A DNA stretch of 64,000 nt. It comes from Blepharisma stoltei ATCC 30299 (taxonomy: Eukaryota; Protista; Ciliophora). The position numbers and the translations under genes were made by a program. Below the pieces are notes generated by a model. That model was not told the DNA's origin. It did not search any database and saw only the letters and a list, made by a program, of their open reading frames with translations. This document shows positions 12,505 to 26,534 of this stretch, one piece after another. Position 1 is the stretch's first letter; each line of letters opens with the position of its first letter. Location of the stretch: contig CBFDEM010000036.1 in the NCBI GenBank assembly GCA_965603825.1, positions 372,001-436,000 of the forward strand, written 5' to 3'.

Positions 12505-15500
12505 ATGGGAAATTCAGCGAGTGACATCGTCTCGCGTGTTACAGGCCTCACTAATGAAAATCTCTCAAAAAACCAAGCCCAAGATTTAGAGTTATTAGAA
12601 GATCCAAGCTTCGTTTTCAGCCCAAATAAGCTTATGTGCAGGGTGGATCTCGACCCATATACAGTGCCTGGATCTGATAGCTTACGAGCGAAAGAAGATG
12701 ATGTAGGAAACCAAGACGAAGAATCCATGATCTGCAGTCTCAACAACATTGATAGGCTCAGGGAAAAGCACCAGGATGCTTGCAAAGCCTTGCTGGAAGA
12801 TATTTTGAGAAAAAGAGGAGACGACCCGAATTCCAGAGAAATGACCTTGAGACTCCAAGGTCTCTGCAGAATTTTTGAAGCTCTGCTCAGGGTGGACGAG
12901 AGAGTTAAGAGAAGAAACGAAGAAGACAAAAAGATCGAGCCAATCAAGCCTAAAGCGCTGTCTCCTATTGTGAGAACCACTATGAAATTTGGTTTGAACA
13001 GCCTTTTCCACGTCGTGGATGTAATGGGAAAGGCAAACCCTCAAGTCTACAAATTCATGATTTCACACACTTCAGAAGTCCTTTCAGACATTGAGCCTTT
13101 GTCGCTGAAAACAGACGACATCAGTATCAATTCATCGATTGAAAAAATCGTAAATTTTTTCGAGAAAGTCTTGAGTGGAGAAATCAAAGAGATAGCCGAC
13201 GAAGACAGGCTGTCCAGCATTTCTTCATTGCTAGCAATTGCTTTGGCAACAGGGAATTTATCGTCTATTTTGACGTTGGCTTCCCAATTCATGAAATTAA
13301 GCCGGTCCCCCAATTTGACTTTATTAATGAAATCGATTTCTCCGCTTTTGAAAAGCTTTAATGACCTGATTAATTTTTCAGAATACTTGGCATGGGATGC
13401 AGAAAAATGCTCAAGCAATTTAAAACTTTCTATTAATAAGCAGTCACTTGCTGCTAACCAAACATCGAATAACTCTTGTCTTTCTCAGCAGTATTTTACA
13501 AGTGGCATGCATTATTTTGAAGTGGCCTTAGACAACTATAATGATGCTGTATATTTTGGAGTTGTTGATTCGAATTATACAAGTTTTAATGCGTTTTATG
13601 ACTCAAACCTTGTTTCTTTTGTATATCAATCTACTGGATCTATCTTAAAACAATCTGCGGAAGTAGAGAAGTTTGAAAAGTCAAAATCTGGAGACAGGAT
13701 TGGGATTTTTCTTAATATGGAGGCAAAAACTGTTACCTTTTATAAAAATGGAGTCAGGGAACAAAAAGGAAATTATGGCCCAGTCCCTGATAAGGTAAGA
13801 ATTTTTGTAAGCCTATACGGCACTGTTGGAGCATCAATAGTTACAAACCCAGATATTCCAAGTGATGTTAAAGAAGAAATGCTCAAATTTCACAAACAAA
13901 TCAATCCTGCTGAGCCTCCGTTAATCGAAAAATTATCAAAGGAAATAAATGACGGAGAATTTCTCGATATCATGCCCTGTGAAATATCCTCATTTATTCT
14001 CCAAAAGCTTGCAAATCTCAACGATCCAATTCTCCAATTGATTGGAAATGGAGAAAAAATCGCAATCCAAAAGCAAACAGGCATCGCATTGGATATTAAG
14101 CTTGGAATTTTTGATCTTTTGGACTCTATCTTGCTGGCTTTTATTGAATGTGGTAGAGATGAAGAAAGAGTTCCTGCAGAAATTTGTCACAACACAATAG
14201 CATCTACAGTAAAACTCATGAGAGCTCACCTTTTGGCCTCAACAATGTTTCAGGATGTCTCTCTGCCAAAGGAAAAAAGACACCAAATAATGGAACACAT
14301 GACTCACGTTTTGGACTTTTTCCCTGACACTTCTGCATCTGAAGAAGCAACCAAAGCTCTGTCAAGCTGCTTTTCAGTCTTTTATCAAGACTCTCAAGAA
14401 AAGCTCAGCTATCTGATTGATAGATTAGTGGACTTCAAAGACTGCAAGCAACAGTCAGGAATTTTTAAAGACTTGCAAGACAAAATCTTTTTGGAAATGG
14501 CAATTCCTATCAAGCTTTATCCAGCACTGGATATTGTTGACGATGATTCATATGCAAAAATAGAAAAATATTTACTGCTGGCAAGTGAAGAAGCTGCCAG
14601 GGCTTCAATGGCTATTATAGATGGAACTGAATCTTCGACTGGGGTAATAAAACTGCTCGAAACTTCTCAACTAGTACTTTTTTCTCATGCTGCGAGAGGA
14701 AACTATCAAGGAAAATGGCAAAATCTGATTGAATTCTATACTATAAAAATTTTTACATTATGCGATGGGGTGATAAGACACATCCAAGAATCTCGCGCTG
14801 ATGGGAATATTAGTGAGAAATTGTATTCTGACATCCAAAAGACAATTTTAAAAAATCTTCTCGAAGGCTTACTATATATTTTAATGCTCAGCAAGCTAGG
14901 CTTGAACATGCTTTCACAATTTTTGCCTATTCTTCAAAATTTAATCGCCTCATTATCCCATTTCTACTCTCCTCCTCCAAAACTCACTATAGGGAGTGGC
15001 ATTGTAACAGAAAGATATGAAAGTCCACACAACTACCCGGATAACTGGAATGTAACACATTTAATAAAAATCCCACAAGTCAAAAAATATTCATTGATTT
15101 TTGATGCACAATGTAAAACCGAAAATGGTTGTGACTATCTAGAACTATGAACTGATGAGTCAAAAACTAATAAAATTGCAAGATGGGAAGGAGAAAACTT
15201 CCCTAAGCAGCCGTTTGAAGTTTACAATCCTCTTTTATTCTTTACATTCCATTCTGATGGCTCTGTCAATTATTGGGGCTGGAAAATAGAAGTCCAAGCA
15301 GAAGTAGAAGCTTCTTACTATGAAAAACAGTGGCCAGACACCACAAAAGAAGCTTCCTCAATTCTCTTAGGCTTGATTAGCACAAAGCTGATTTCTGGTG
15401 ACTTCGAACTTATTCAAGAAGACGATGAAGTAGTCAAGTTACTGTCTAACCCTCTTCTGATGTATGGAATCAAGGATTCATGCTTAAGAATAGAAAAGCA

Positions 15501-18500
15501 GCCTGGACCAATAGAAGAAAGCTTATTGATATTATCAACGACTCCAGGGGTTGGAGAAAAATTAAAGAGAGCTATGCTCACAAGAAGCTATTCAGAAGAC
15601 GTCAGCAGAAGAGTTGTTAGGACACAAGAAGTTGCAATATCGCTTGAAGACTATGCCTCGAACTATGGATTCTGGGACGATGTTGTCTACTCTGAAAATA
15701 AATTTTTACAAGAATTTATATTGGGATCTAATTTGATTATCACAGCATGGAATGAAATAAAGAAACTTTCTGGGGTTGCTGGGCCTGCTTCTAACGTAGG
15801 AGGTGCAGACATGGACATGGCTGAAAGGGCTATTTTTGCAGTTTATGCTGCGTTCTTTGAGATATCTGATACAATTCATAGGCTGTTTGAAAATCCTCAC
15901 GATATCGGCGAAACTATCAAATTTATAGTAAAACAAAGCAACTTAATCAGAGGCTGGGCCCAGAAGCGTAAGCAAGAAATAATCGACCAAGGAAACCCAA
16001 ATATCTCTTATAAAGATATCTGTGCGGATATAGTAAAAAGATGTGCACTTTTACTGGGAACTGAGTACAAAATGTCATTAAATGAACTAGGGATAAATAA
16101 AGTGATGATAAACTTGCTTTCAAATGTAGTAAAAGTCCAAACGAACGATTCAAACAAGCTGAAAGAAGGCAGCAAGTGGAAGACAGTTCAGGAAGCAGTC
16201 AACACTGCATCAACTCTAAAGAATCTGCTTCATATTTCTTCTAAAGCTCACGAGTCTGAAAACGAAGACTTAAAAGAGTTCTTAAAAGTATCAGAGCTCG
16301 TTAATAATTTTCTAGAGTCTCATTGCTCGCTTGATAAACTTATTGATGCGATTGACAAAAGAAGGACCAGAGCAATTGCTCGAACATTAGGATACTTGTG
16401 TTTGGCCAATTTAGTAAATTACTCAGGCAAGCAAGAAACCTATCTCATTCGATCTTTTGGGGACTCATTAAGGGAAAAAGGAATAAAAAAGCACTATTGG
16501 AGTGGCCTAGAAGGGGTTGATCCTACACTGTTGCTTGTCGTTCAAAAATCGTTCTATCAAATATTTGGGCTGCTTCAGAAAGAATTGGTAAAATCAAGAA
16601 CAAGACCTTGGACTATTAGCTCATACAGCCACTATTTATGCGTTCTAGAAGGCATGAGCAGTCCATTGAAAGGTGTAGACGGGCATATGATTCTTGAACT
16701 GCAGTTTGCTTCAACTGTTGACATTTTATTAAGCTGGGCTAAAGGCCATTTAGGTGAAGAAGTCATTAACAGACAATTCCAAATCTCAAAATGTATTACA
16801 AGGTTCGGCATTCTAGAAGAGCCGAATATTCCTGAGGGATCTGCTAAATTGCTACTTGAAAAGCGGGAAGGAGGGCCAAATTTATATTTGGTTTATGATA
16901 GAGGTGGAGAAAATGTGCTGCCAATCGTTGATTTCATGTACTCCGAAATTTTAATCGATGACTACGAGGATGCAGTTGGAGAATTCTTTGTAAATGGAGA
17001 ACCTAGGCACATTCTAATTAAACGTGAAGTTATTTCGCCAAATGGAAGCTATTTAACAGAGCTTCCTGATCTTAATTCGCCTAAATTTTCACCATATGAC
17101 GAAATTCTTGAAAGTGAAAAACTTGATGAAAAGCAGAAACGAGAGAAGTTGAGGGAAAAATTAAGTAAAAGCTCATGGGCACTCTTTAAACTTTTGATGC
17201 ACTCAATTGTAGGATCGCTAGTAGAAAATAACGAATCTAAACAAATACTCGTTCAAGATCTCTTTATCAGGGTGCTATTTATGGAACTTAAATGGGATGA
17301 CTCTTTAAGGAAGCCTGACATCAATCCTCTTGAAATTCAAAAACTGAGTTCTGGATCTCCCTGGATTGGTCAAATGCTGGTCCCAAAAAGTTACCAAAAG
17401 AACCCTATGGTTGAATGGATCAGACGATTCCGATTAGAAACTGATCACTATGAAGAATTCATGCTCCGCGATATTATTAACGAGTTTGTTGAAAAAGCTG
17501 ACCCTGCAATGAAAGGAGTGCTATGCAAAGACGATATCCGGTTTATTGACGAGTCCATTGCCAATACAATTGAAAGTTTTGAAGAAAACAAAAACTATAA
17601 AGGGGAGTTTGATTTCTTTAGGTACTTAAGAGTCCTTAGAAATCTAGCTGGCGACTTTACTTTTGAAGTCCAAGATTATATCGAAAATTCTCTGCTTTGG
17701 AAAACATTGCCCGAAGACTATTATGAAGCATCGAGAGATTATGACTTAAGCAATATCAGCAGAGTTCAAAATATTATTATGGGCTGAATTAAAGGAAATG
17801 ATGAGTGCGCTTCTGTTAAACTTTTAAACCTGTTTAGTCAATCCGACATTCCTGGGATTGTTGACAAATCTCAGCTTCCAGAAGATATTCCAAATGAATT
17901 TAAAAACGAATCTGGAAACCTCGACTTATATGTTGCCTTGCACGCAATTCTGAAAAACCAAAATCAAGAAAAATTCATCAAATACGTTGAAGAACTTGAA
18001 AATGTTTTCAAAATCTATGATGACTTGCCAGAGTCTTGTGAAGAGATACTCAAAGGGAAAAAAGGGCAATCAGATTATATCGCTTCATTACTGTGGACTC
18101 TTTACAGTTGCTTTGGATCTCAGTGCATACCAAAAGTCCTTGCTAAAGAAGAATATATCGAAGAAATTCTTAAGCTTGCATTCCTCAGCGGATCAGAAAA
18201 TATTATTTTAATAGGTCTGAGGATATTATCTAAAATCATTCCTACCCAACACTCTCCCCAAACTTTGGTAAAGACTTGGGAAAGGATTGCAAAGCTAAGG
18301 ATTGATTTGGACAAGAACCCTGACATCATCTCGCTCTTGTTCAGTAAGCTTGGAAAAACCAATTATTGGTATGGACAAAGAGAGTCCCAAAAAATACTTA
18401 GAAGATGGGGATATGAGGCAGAGAGCATGCTGCTAGCTTTAATGGCTGTCGAGAGATGGAGAATTCTTGTGCTAGACTATATGGCAAGCAGCTTGCAGGA

Positions 18501-21500
18501 AACTCAGAACAATTTAAAAGCTGGAATTCCGCTTGAACTTGGACAAGTTGGTACCCTTTATTTATTAGCAAAATCTTCAAAGAAATATGACTCACTTGAT
18601 TCAGTTCCGTTAGAGCTTAGTTATGTCAAGCTAAAAGGCAGCAGCATAGCTAGAGGTGTGATAAAGAAAATTGAAGAGCAAAAGGCCCATGTGTATTCCG
18701 TTATAGAAGACTCTCAAATCGTAGAAAGTCTCTTAAACGTCGAATCAATAGAGCCGCACGTTCAAGAGTCCTCCTATAAATATCTCACTGTTGAGGATAA
18801 AGAAAGACTAGGAGAGTACATCTTGAACTTTTGGAGAACCCTGCAAAGCTCTCACCAAGGAGTAATAAAAGCTGATCCAAACAAAATTGTCTGCTTAAGA
18901 ACCTTGTATTACAAACTTGATGCCATGGCACTTGTATGCATCATCGACATTTATGAGAAAAAAGACTCAAGAAAGGAAAGCGAAATAGAAGATATGATGA
19001 GCTTAATTATTAGAAAAAGCAAGCTGGCCAAGCCGATCTCCAAAAAATCATATGATAGCTTGGTTGATGAAATCGCAAGAAAGCTCAGAAAAATCACAGC
19101 TCCAGAAGAAGAAAAGCAACAAATGAGCGATCAAGAAGCGAGAGAAATAATGGCGAAATGAAAGGAAGAAGACCAAGTCAATGCCATGATGATAATGTCA
19201 TTAGAAATCCCTGCAGCAAGAATCGTAAAATGTTTTGAACTAGGAATTAAAGATATGGAAGGCGTTTTGTCGTACCAAGAGCCTGTAAAAGAGCAAAAAG
19301 CAGTTTCTTTGCTTTATAAATTGTGCCCAGCTGTTGTGAAAACTAAGGATATTCCGGGTACGGCAGAATTATACCAAAACAATATGCACCAATTTGTCAT
19401 ATATAATCCCCAGAATTCACAGCAAAGAAAAGAAATGATTTCTACAGTAAGCTCTAGCATTTTCCACGATCTTGAATCTCTCAGTGGAACAATAACCATC
19501 TTGGCAGCTCTTGAAGGGACTCCATATGATGGAGAAATTTATTATGGGCTAAAATTGGGAAATATGGAAATTGCAGTCACTACAGCACCTGGGTTCCCTT
19601 GTCTAATAGTAAATGGGGAGATGGCAAGCGAAGTTGATTTGTCTCAGCAACTAGAGGTAAAAGTTGTAGCAAAATCTACAGGAGAGGTATCATTTAGTTT
19701 TAACGCTGATTCTCCGCCTATAGAGCTGACAGAAACTTCAGTATTTAATGGCTTGAGAGTAGGAAATTACGGAGTTTTCTTAGAAAATGGGAAATCTGCG
19801 TCTTTATTGTCATTAGAAATTTATGATGGAAGGCATGATGGAAACTTTAACAACAAATACCCAAAGCCTCAGTTATTAGAAGGAGGAGAGAATTACGTCC
19901 AAATTCGCATTAAAGAAGAATCAAGTGATAGACTAAGATTGAAACTGCTTGGATATTCAGACGAGCAAGTAATCGAAGCATTAAGCAATAGTCATAATCT
20001 TTCATCTGCAATAGATTATGCCTTTGACCATTTCGATAAAGATACAATGGACAGTCATCAATCTCTCTCTATGTCCCACCACTGTATTATCCAAGTAAAA
20101 GTATTTGACAAATTTGCAGATGTTCCTAAAGACTTTTCACTAATTCCAGTCTATGAAAATGGAGAAGTAATTGATTATGTGATTCCAAATCGAAAAATAA
20201 TTGCATTTAAAAAAGAAAATGTCTCTGATGGCAACGTATGCAATGGATTTTCGATAGGTGAAAATCCTAAAAACTATGAAAGCATAGGAGATTTAACGAT
20301 TTCTACAGAAAATGATCGATCACTCCCTATCTTTGTAAGAATGGGACCGCTAGCACCTAAAGAAAGCAACATAAAAGAAGTTGCGTTTATCAAGACAAGC
20401 TCTCCATATTCTGTCAAAGTGCCTAGAGGGTTTAGGCTTATATCAGATAAAGAAGGAAAATGCTTAAATATTGCTCCTAGAAGTGAGAAAGGCCATTATA
20501 TTTTAGTTGGGATTAAAGAGCAGCACAGTTTGCTTGATTGTTTCGTTTTCCCATTTAGTGTTGTATCGTCAATATCATCTAATTCGAACTTCGGTCTTGT
20601 TGATCGTTTTGATGAAGAAGAAAAGGCCAAAGTCAAAGAAGAGGAAAAGAAGCTAGACGATTTATCGCTGATGGAAATATTCGGACATCTATATGAAGCT
20701 GAAGAAAGCAGAATGCAGCAAGCATCAAAGCAGCTATTTTTAAGCATGCTGAAGATTTCTGCTGACACTTTGGTTAATTTGTCAGAAAGAGAAAGTATTG
20801 GTAAAATCATCGACTTTTTAGGTGATGACTTGGACTCGCTTAGTGATTCTTTTAATTCATTGATTGAGAACCCTAAACTAGTGACCTTCAAAGAAAACAG
20901 CATTAAAGAAGCAATCCTAAAATTAATCCAATGCACTATTTCGACATCTGGTGGAACGTTGAAGGTTTTGGAATATGAAAGCAACCATCCATATGAGGAT
21001 AATCTAGATATTGATGATATCATTACTATTCCTGGTGCAAGAATGCTTAGAATTGAATTCGACCCTCAATGCCACACAGAAAGCGGCTGTGATCCGTTAA
21101 GATTTTATGAAAATAGCGGACGACAAGGAGAACTTGCGAATTATTCAGGCCAAGGAGAAAGTTCATGGAAAACACTTGAAGTGAATGGAGATACAGTATA
21201 TACTTGGTTCCATACAGATGGTTCTGTTCACTATTGGGGATATAAGTTCACAGTGACTCCTATTGGTGCCACTCAATCTGGAGATGAAGGGAATGTGTCT
21301 CCTGATTCTTCTTTATGGCTTATTGAAAAAATCGCAAACCAAGCCAACTTAAGCCGCGGTTTAGAAGCCATCTTATCTCCTAGGTTCATACAAGTATTAT
21401 TCTTATTTGCTCTGTCTTCAATAACTCAGGACAAAAAGTCGAAATCTCTTGATATTTTAAGAAAAATTTTCAGAGGTCAGCAGCATCGAACATTAAATTC

Positions 21501-24500
21501 AATTCTTGATATTCTCTTACAGGAAGCAAGCACGCTTTACAAAGCAAATTTATCTAAAAAATCTAGCAATGCGCTCCTTCAATCATTAATTTTGTTATTA
21601 GCTCAAGCAAGAAATCAGTACAAAATCAATATAGATGATTCATGGTTTACCGATTTTTGCGAGTTACTGTCAGATATGAGAGGACTAAGCGAAAAAGATG
21701 ACTATCTTGACGCCTTTTTGTTTGGAATCTTTAATAAAGGAAGCTCATCAAAAATTGAAAAATATTTCGAATCTTCGCATCCTTATAAAAGAGTTACAAC
21801 AAAAGAAAAAATTGAAATTCCAGGCGCGAGCTTGCTTAATATTGAATTTGCCCCAGAAACCAAAGCAGACTCTAGAGATAATGCTTATTTTTCATATGAT
21901 GAAGACGGAATGGTGCCTGTTGAAAGCACTATGATGAGAAGCGCAACCAATATAGCGAAATGGTCAAGTGATCCAAAGGGTCCTGATATCTCTTTGTCAA
22001 ATGAAAACATGACAATAACCAGAACAAATGCTTCTAATTGGGGAAATGCAATATGGAACGAATCATATTCTTCAAACGTCGTAAAAATAAATTTTTCAAT
22101 TGAAAACTCTAGCGATAGTACCTATCTTTACATTGGCATATATAAAGCTGGCGAAAATTATAACTTAGCCGAAGCCATAGGAACAGATTGCTCTACACCT
22201 GTTTGGAGCTGGAAATGTTCTGGAGAATACATCACAAATAGCTCAAGCATTGATGGAAGAGCATATAAAACCGGAGATCTAGTGTCCTTGCTTATTGACA
22301 TGAACAAAAAAGAACTTACCTTCTTATTAAATGAAGCTGAAGTCCACAAATTCACTGGAATAGCTGCTGAAGTAATCCCTTGCATTTCCTTTGGCGGCTC
22401 AAATCAAATTGTTAGCATAAAGTCAGTAGAAAAAATTAGCTCATTGTCATCAGTTTTAAATGAGAGAAAATTGCAAGCAAACAAAGATGCTGTTTATTTA
22501 TGGTTCCCTGTGAACAATGGGTTTTTAGCAAAACCGAAATGGGAACATGCTACAGAAAACGCAATAAAAAGCTCTGATAGCTTGACGTTGACAAGTACAA
22601 GTGATACTACAGGGATTTATTATTCTGATATATCCATCACTTATGGACAATATTATGTAGAAGCTCAAATAAAATCGGGTGGGCAAATAGGTCTAGGAAT
22701 TTTTAGCAGCAACAGTAAGACTTCAAGAGATATAGAAGATCCAAAGCAAGTATGCTATTATTCGGATGGAAGGGTAAAGAATCAAGACACAAATAAAACC
22801 AAAGAATTCGGAGAAGGAAGTATAATTGGAGTATATGTAAACATGGATTTATCCCAAGTGCAATTCTATCTTAATGGAGAAGTTGTATTTTCTGACTCAT
22901 ATCTCCAGCCTTTAAGCGAAGGTGAGAGCTACACCTTTGCTGCAATTCTGACCACATCTTCGCAGTCAATAACTCTATCACAAAGTCCAAATCTTCCTTC
23001 TGGCCTAGATCTCATGAAAATTGATGAGAGCAGAGAAGCTCAAGAATGGGGCTATAAGATCAAAGTTGTTCCAGAATTCAAAGGAAGACACCCAGAGGTC
23101 ATCAATTCTGTGCTCAGTTTCATGAATGAAGAATCGAAAAAAGAATGGTTCGAAGTTTACAAGCCTAAATACTCCCATCTCTTCAAGTGTGGAGCAGTAG
23201 ACCAGCTTGTCATTTATCTCGACGAGTTTTCTCAAATGAAAGGAAAAGACATTCTCAAGCTCACAAATGATGACTTAACTCCAACTGAAGCTGAATTGAT
23301 CTATTATCCGGAACTAGAAAAACTAAGTGTAGATGAAATAAGGCAACTTTACCAGATTATTTTGGACTTTAATAAAAGAATAGAAAACTCGCTGTATTTA
23401 TTCAATCTGCATATAGAAAGCTATGAAAACATGAACGAACTGCAAAGAGTTTTCATGGGGTCGAGAAATTATATTTTCTTTATATTAAAAAATACACTAT
23501 TAAAAGACTGTTTAGGAAAAACTCATTCAGACGTAAGGACAGAAATCACAGTTGATAGACCTAAAGCAATGAGGCACAGGCACAGAAAAGATGTTGATGT
23601 GAATGGGCAGTTCTCTATTTTCGGGCAAGTATATAGAGGATTAATCAGTAAAGGAAACCGAGACTTCAGAAATGCAGAAAGAGTCTTTAGAGTCTCTTAC
23701 AGAGGTGAAGCAGCTTCTGATGCAGGTGGCCCTTATAATGAAGCAATTAGTAATATGGCTGATGAACTCCAATCATCATTTCTAAAGCTTTTTGTTCCAA
23801 TTCCAAACCAAATTAACGACATGGGAGAAAATCGAGATTGCTGGATAGTCAATCCAAATGCTACTCAAAAGATTGACTATGAGCTCTATCTATTTTTAGG
23901 AAAAATGATGGGTGCTGCCATTAGAACACAAAACAATCTAAATCTATCTCTTTCTCCTCTGTTTTGGAAACGTCTGCTTTGGGACCCAGTAAACATCAAA
24001 GATTTGCGAGCGACTGATCTTTGCACAGTCCAAATCCTAGAAATTTTGAGAAATTTAGAAGAAAATGGTATGACAAGGGAAAACTTCTCAGAAGCATATG
24101 ATATTAAGTTTTCAACAAAAGATTCTGGTGGAAAAGATGTAGAATTGTGTGAAGGCGGGACTGAAATCCCAGTCACGTTTGACAATGCAAAAGAATATGC
24201 TCAATTAGTAGAAAAATACAGACTAAATGAAAATCCTGAGGCTTATAGGATGATCAGAAAAGGGATAAGCGCTGTTGTTCCTATGGATATATTGAATTTA
24301 TTTAGCTGGAAACAAGTACAAACATTGATTTGTGGAGCTCCTGATGTAGATGTTGATCTTCTGAAAGGAAATACTGATTACGATGGGTCTACAGAAAATG
24401 ATGCTCATATCAGGTATTTCTGGGAAGTTGTCAGAGAAATGACACCGAAGGAGCGCTCGTTGCTGATTAAGTTTATATGGGGAAGATCCAGGCTTCCATT

Positions 24501-24717
24501 CGGTCGGGATTGGCGACATCTGAAAATTGCAAACTTCAATCCTTCTGGGCCAGTGGATAAGTATCTTCCTCAGACTCATACCTGCTTCTTTACTATTGAT
24601 TTACCTAGATATACAAGTAAAGAAGTTATGAGACAAAGGCTTCTTTATTCAGTAACCCATTGCACCGCTATCGATCTAGATGGAACTGCTGGAACAGGAT
24701 GGGAAGATGAAGATTAA
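12505..24717 (+). CDS. Giant HECT E3 ubiquitin ligase (4070 aa) with SPRY, CUB-like, UBA-like and probable MABP modules
   Basis: Four ORFs in one frame joined by TGA at 15148-15150, 17785-17787, 19159-19161; HECT motifs GE.A.DAGGPY, FIWGRSRLP, LPQTHTCFFTIDLPRY. Confidence 0.9.
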
Positions 24718-25128
24718 TAACTAACAATTTATACTTTTGTTAATCTCAATAAATGAAATTGATATAATCATTTTATATATGCATAAAATTTATAAAAAGC
24801 TACTTAAATTTAAAAATCAAATTGCTTTTCCCAACTGATAAATCGGATATAATAATAAGCCTAAAATTTTTCAATTCAAAAATATATCAAATCGCAATGA
24901 CATAATAACCATTTTTGTTATTTTTGAAGTAACTAGAAGAACTTCACCGTTCATTTTAATTTCGAACCCAATTCAAAAGTTATGCAACTTCTTGCAAATT
25001 ATTATAGAAGTTTATCATTTCATGATATTATCTATCAAAATTTTGCACGTTTTAATATTGAAGTTCAAAATATCATACCTTAATTTTTGAAATTTGATTA
25101 AAATTAATCTTTGGATATAAAATAAAGT

Positions 25129-25923
25129 ATGTCTGATAGTTTAGAAAACATACCAGAAGAACCAAAATACTCACCTAGATCAGCTTATAATATAAATACT
25201 AGCTCGCCTGCACTAGCACCTGATTTCGGATTGAAATTACTTGAAAAAGAGTATGAAGTTGAGCATGCCCTAACTTCAAAATCTATATGCGAACTAGTAG
25301 AGCTTTATACAGAAGCAATTGAATATTACGATTACAATGAAAACCCCATATCTAAAAGTTTGCAAGAGAGAATGCACTCTTTTCTTTCTCGATTTGATGT
25401 TGTCCAAGTTATGAAAAGCCATGCAAGTGCTGTAAAAAAGCTTAAAAGAAGACGCAACATGAGAGAAAGGACAAAAACCATTGAAAAACTCAAGAAATTC
25501 TGTTCTATAGATCTTCCAGAGAATTTCACCCCTACTCCAAACCAAAGAATTGATAAAAATATAAATAGAGTTGTCCACCAGCAAGATAGTAGAAGCCATG
25601 AATTTATGCCAAAAGTAATTCACAGCATTTCAATACAAGACCAAGACTTAAATGAAAGAGTTTCGTCTAGAAAATCGAAATTAAATCGGAGCATTGACTA
25701 TGAAGACAAAATGATAAGTCCCAAAAGGACCAGGGCAAGGCTTTATTCAGATGATATTGTGCTTGATAATGTCCAAATTTACAAGCCAAGTCCTTTTGAT
25801 AAGCTGCTTGAAAGCATTGAGGAGTGTAGATCAGAAGAAAGAAAAAGGACCGGCATCGAAATAGAAGATGTACCAATCGTTGGGCTTGAGTATGAAATGG
25901 AATATGACTCTGAGGAACCATAA
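25129..25923 (+). CDS. Hypothetical protein
   Basis: 264-aa ORF with ATG and TAA in AT-rich flanks; LVELYTEAIEYY helical motif. Confidence 0.7.
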   Translation: MSDSLENIPEEPKYSPRSAYNINTSSPALAPDFGLKLLEKEYEVEHALTSKSICELVELYTEAIEYYDYNENPISKSLQERMHSFLSRFDVVQVMKSHASAVKKLKRRRNMRERTKTIEKLKKFCSIDLPENFTPTPNQRIDKNINRVVHQQDSRSHEFMPKVIHSISIQDQDLNERVSSRKSKLNRSIDYEDKMISPKRTRARLYSDDIVLDNVQIYKPSPFDKLLESIEECRSEERKRTGIEIEDVPIVGLEYEMEYDSEEP

Positions 25924-26057
25924 TTAATCAAAGAAAATTATCATTATATAATATTGTTTATAGTTGATTAAAATTTAATTTTTTTTTCAGCACAATGAAT
26001 TATAGGTATATCGAATACATCCAAATATCCTACTGTATCTGTCGTGATTGCAGCAAA

Positions 26058-26302
26058 TAAGAGCCGACTGAAGGAGAAGTGAAAGAATACAAAGAATGTT
26101 TAGGCATGAAACTTCCTGAAGATGAGCATTTTCCTTATTTTCTAGAAAAGGAACTAAAGTATAGCTTCCAAAACCATAAAGATCATGCTAGCAAAATTAG
26201 GCGAATTTACTTTTTTAACTTTAAAAATTGAGAAAGTGCTTGAGAACATACATTTTACATGCATTACAAAAATTATTACTATTGATAAAAGAGAAAGCTA
26301 AG
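26058..26302 (+). pseudogene. Decayed partial duplicate of the adjacent CEP164-like 5' (WW-domain) region
   Basis: Colinear nucleotide similarity to ~26578-26823 (e.g. taggcatgaaacttcctgaagatgagca vs taggcatgaaactacccgaagatgagca) with indels and stops. Confidence 0.8.
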
Positions 26303-26534
26303 AATTCACAAAAAATTGTGAAAAGCCTTAATATTCGTAGAGCTCAAGCGCTTTTGCTTGAGCAATCTGAGGTATAATACGATTTTGAAAAGCCATAATC
26401 AAATCAAAATTAAAGGCTTACGAAATAATAAATTTATCTATAATCAGATAAATTCAGATTTCTTCCTATTAGTTAGTTATTCCAATTTTAAAATTGTTCA
26501 AATTACTCAAATTTGCTTTCAAATTAAAATTTAA

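Noticed and set aside
12462-24579. Numerous antisense and alternate-frame ORFs inside the HECT gene and other genes
   Set aside because: Shadow ORFs of long coding regions with no recognisable motifs
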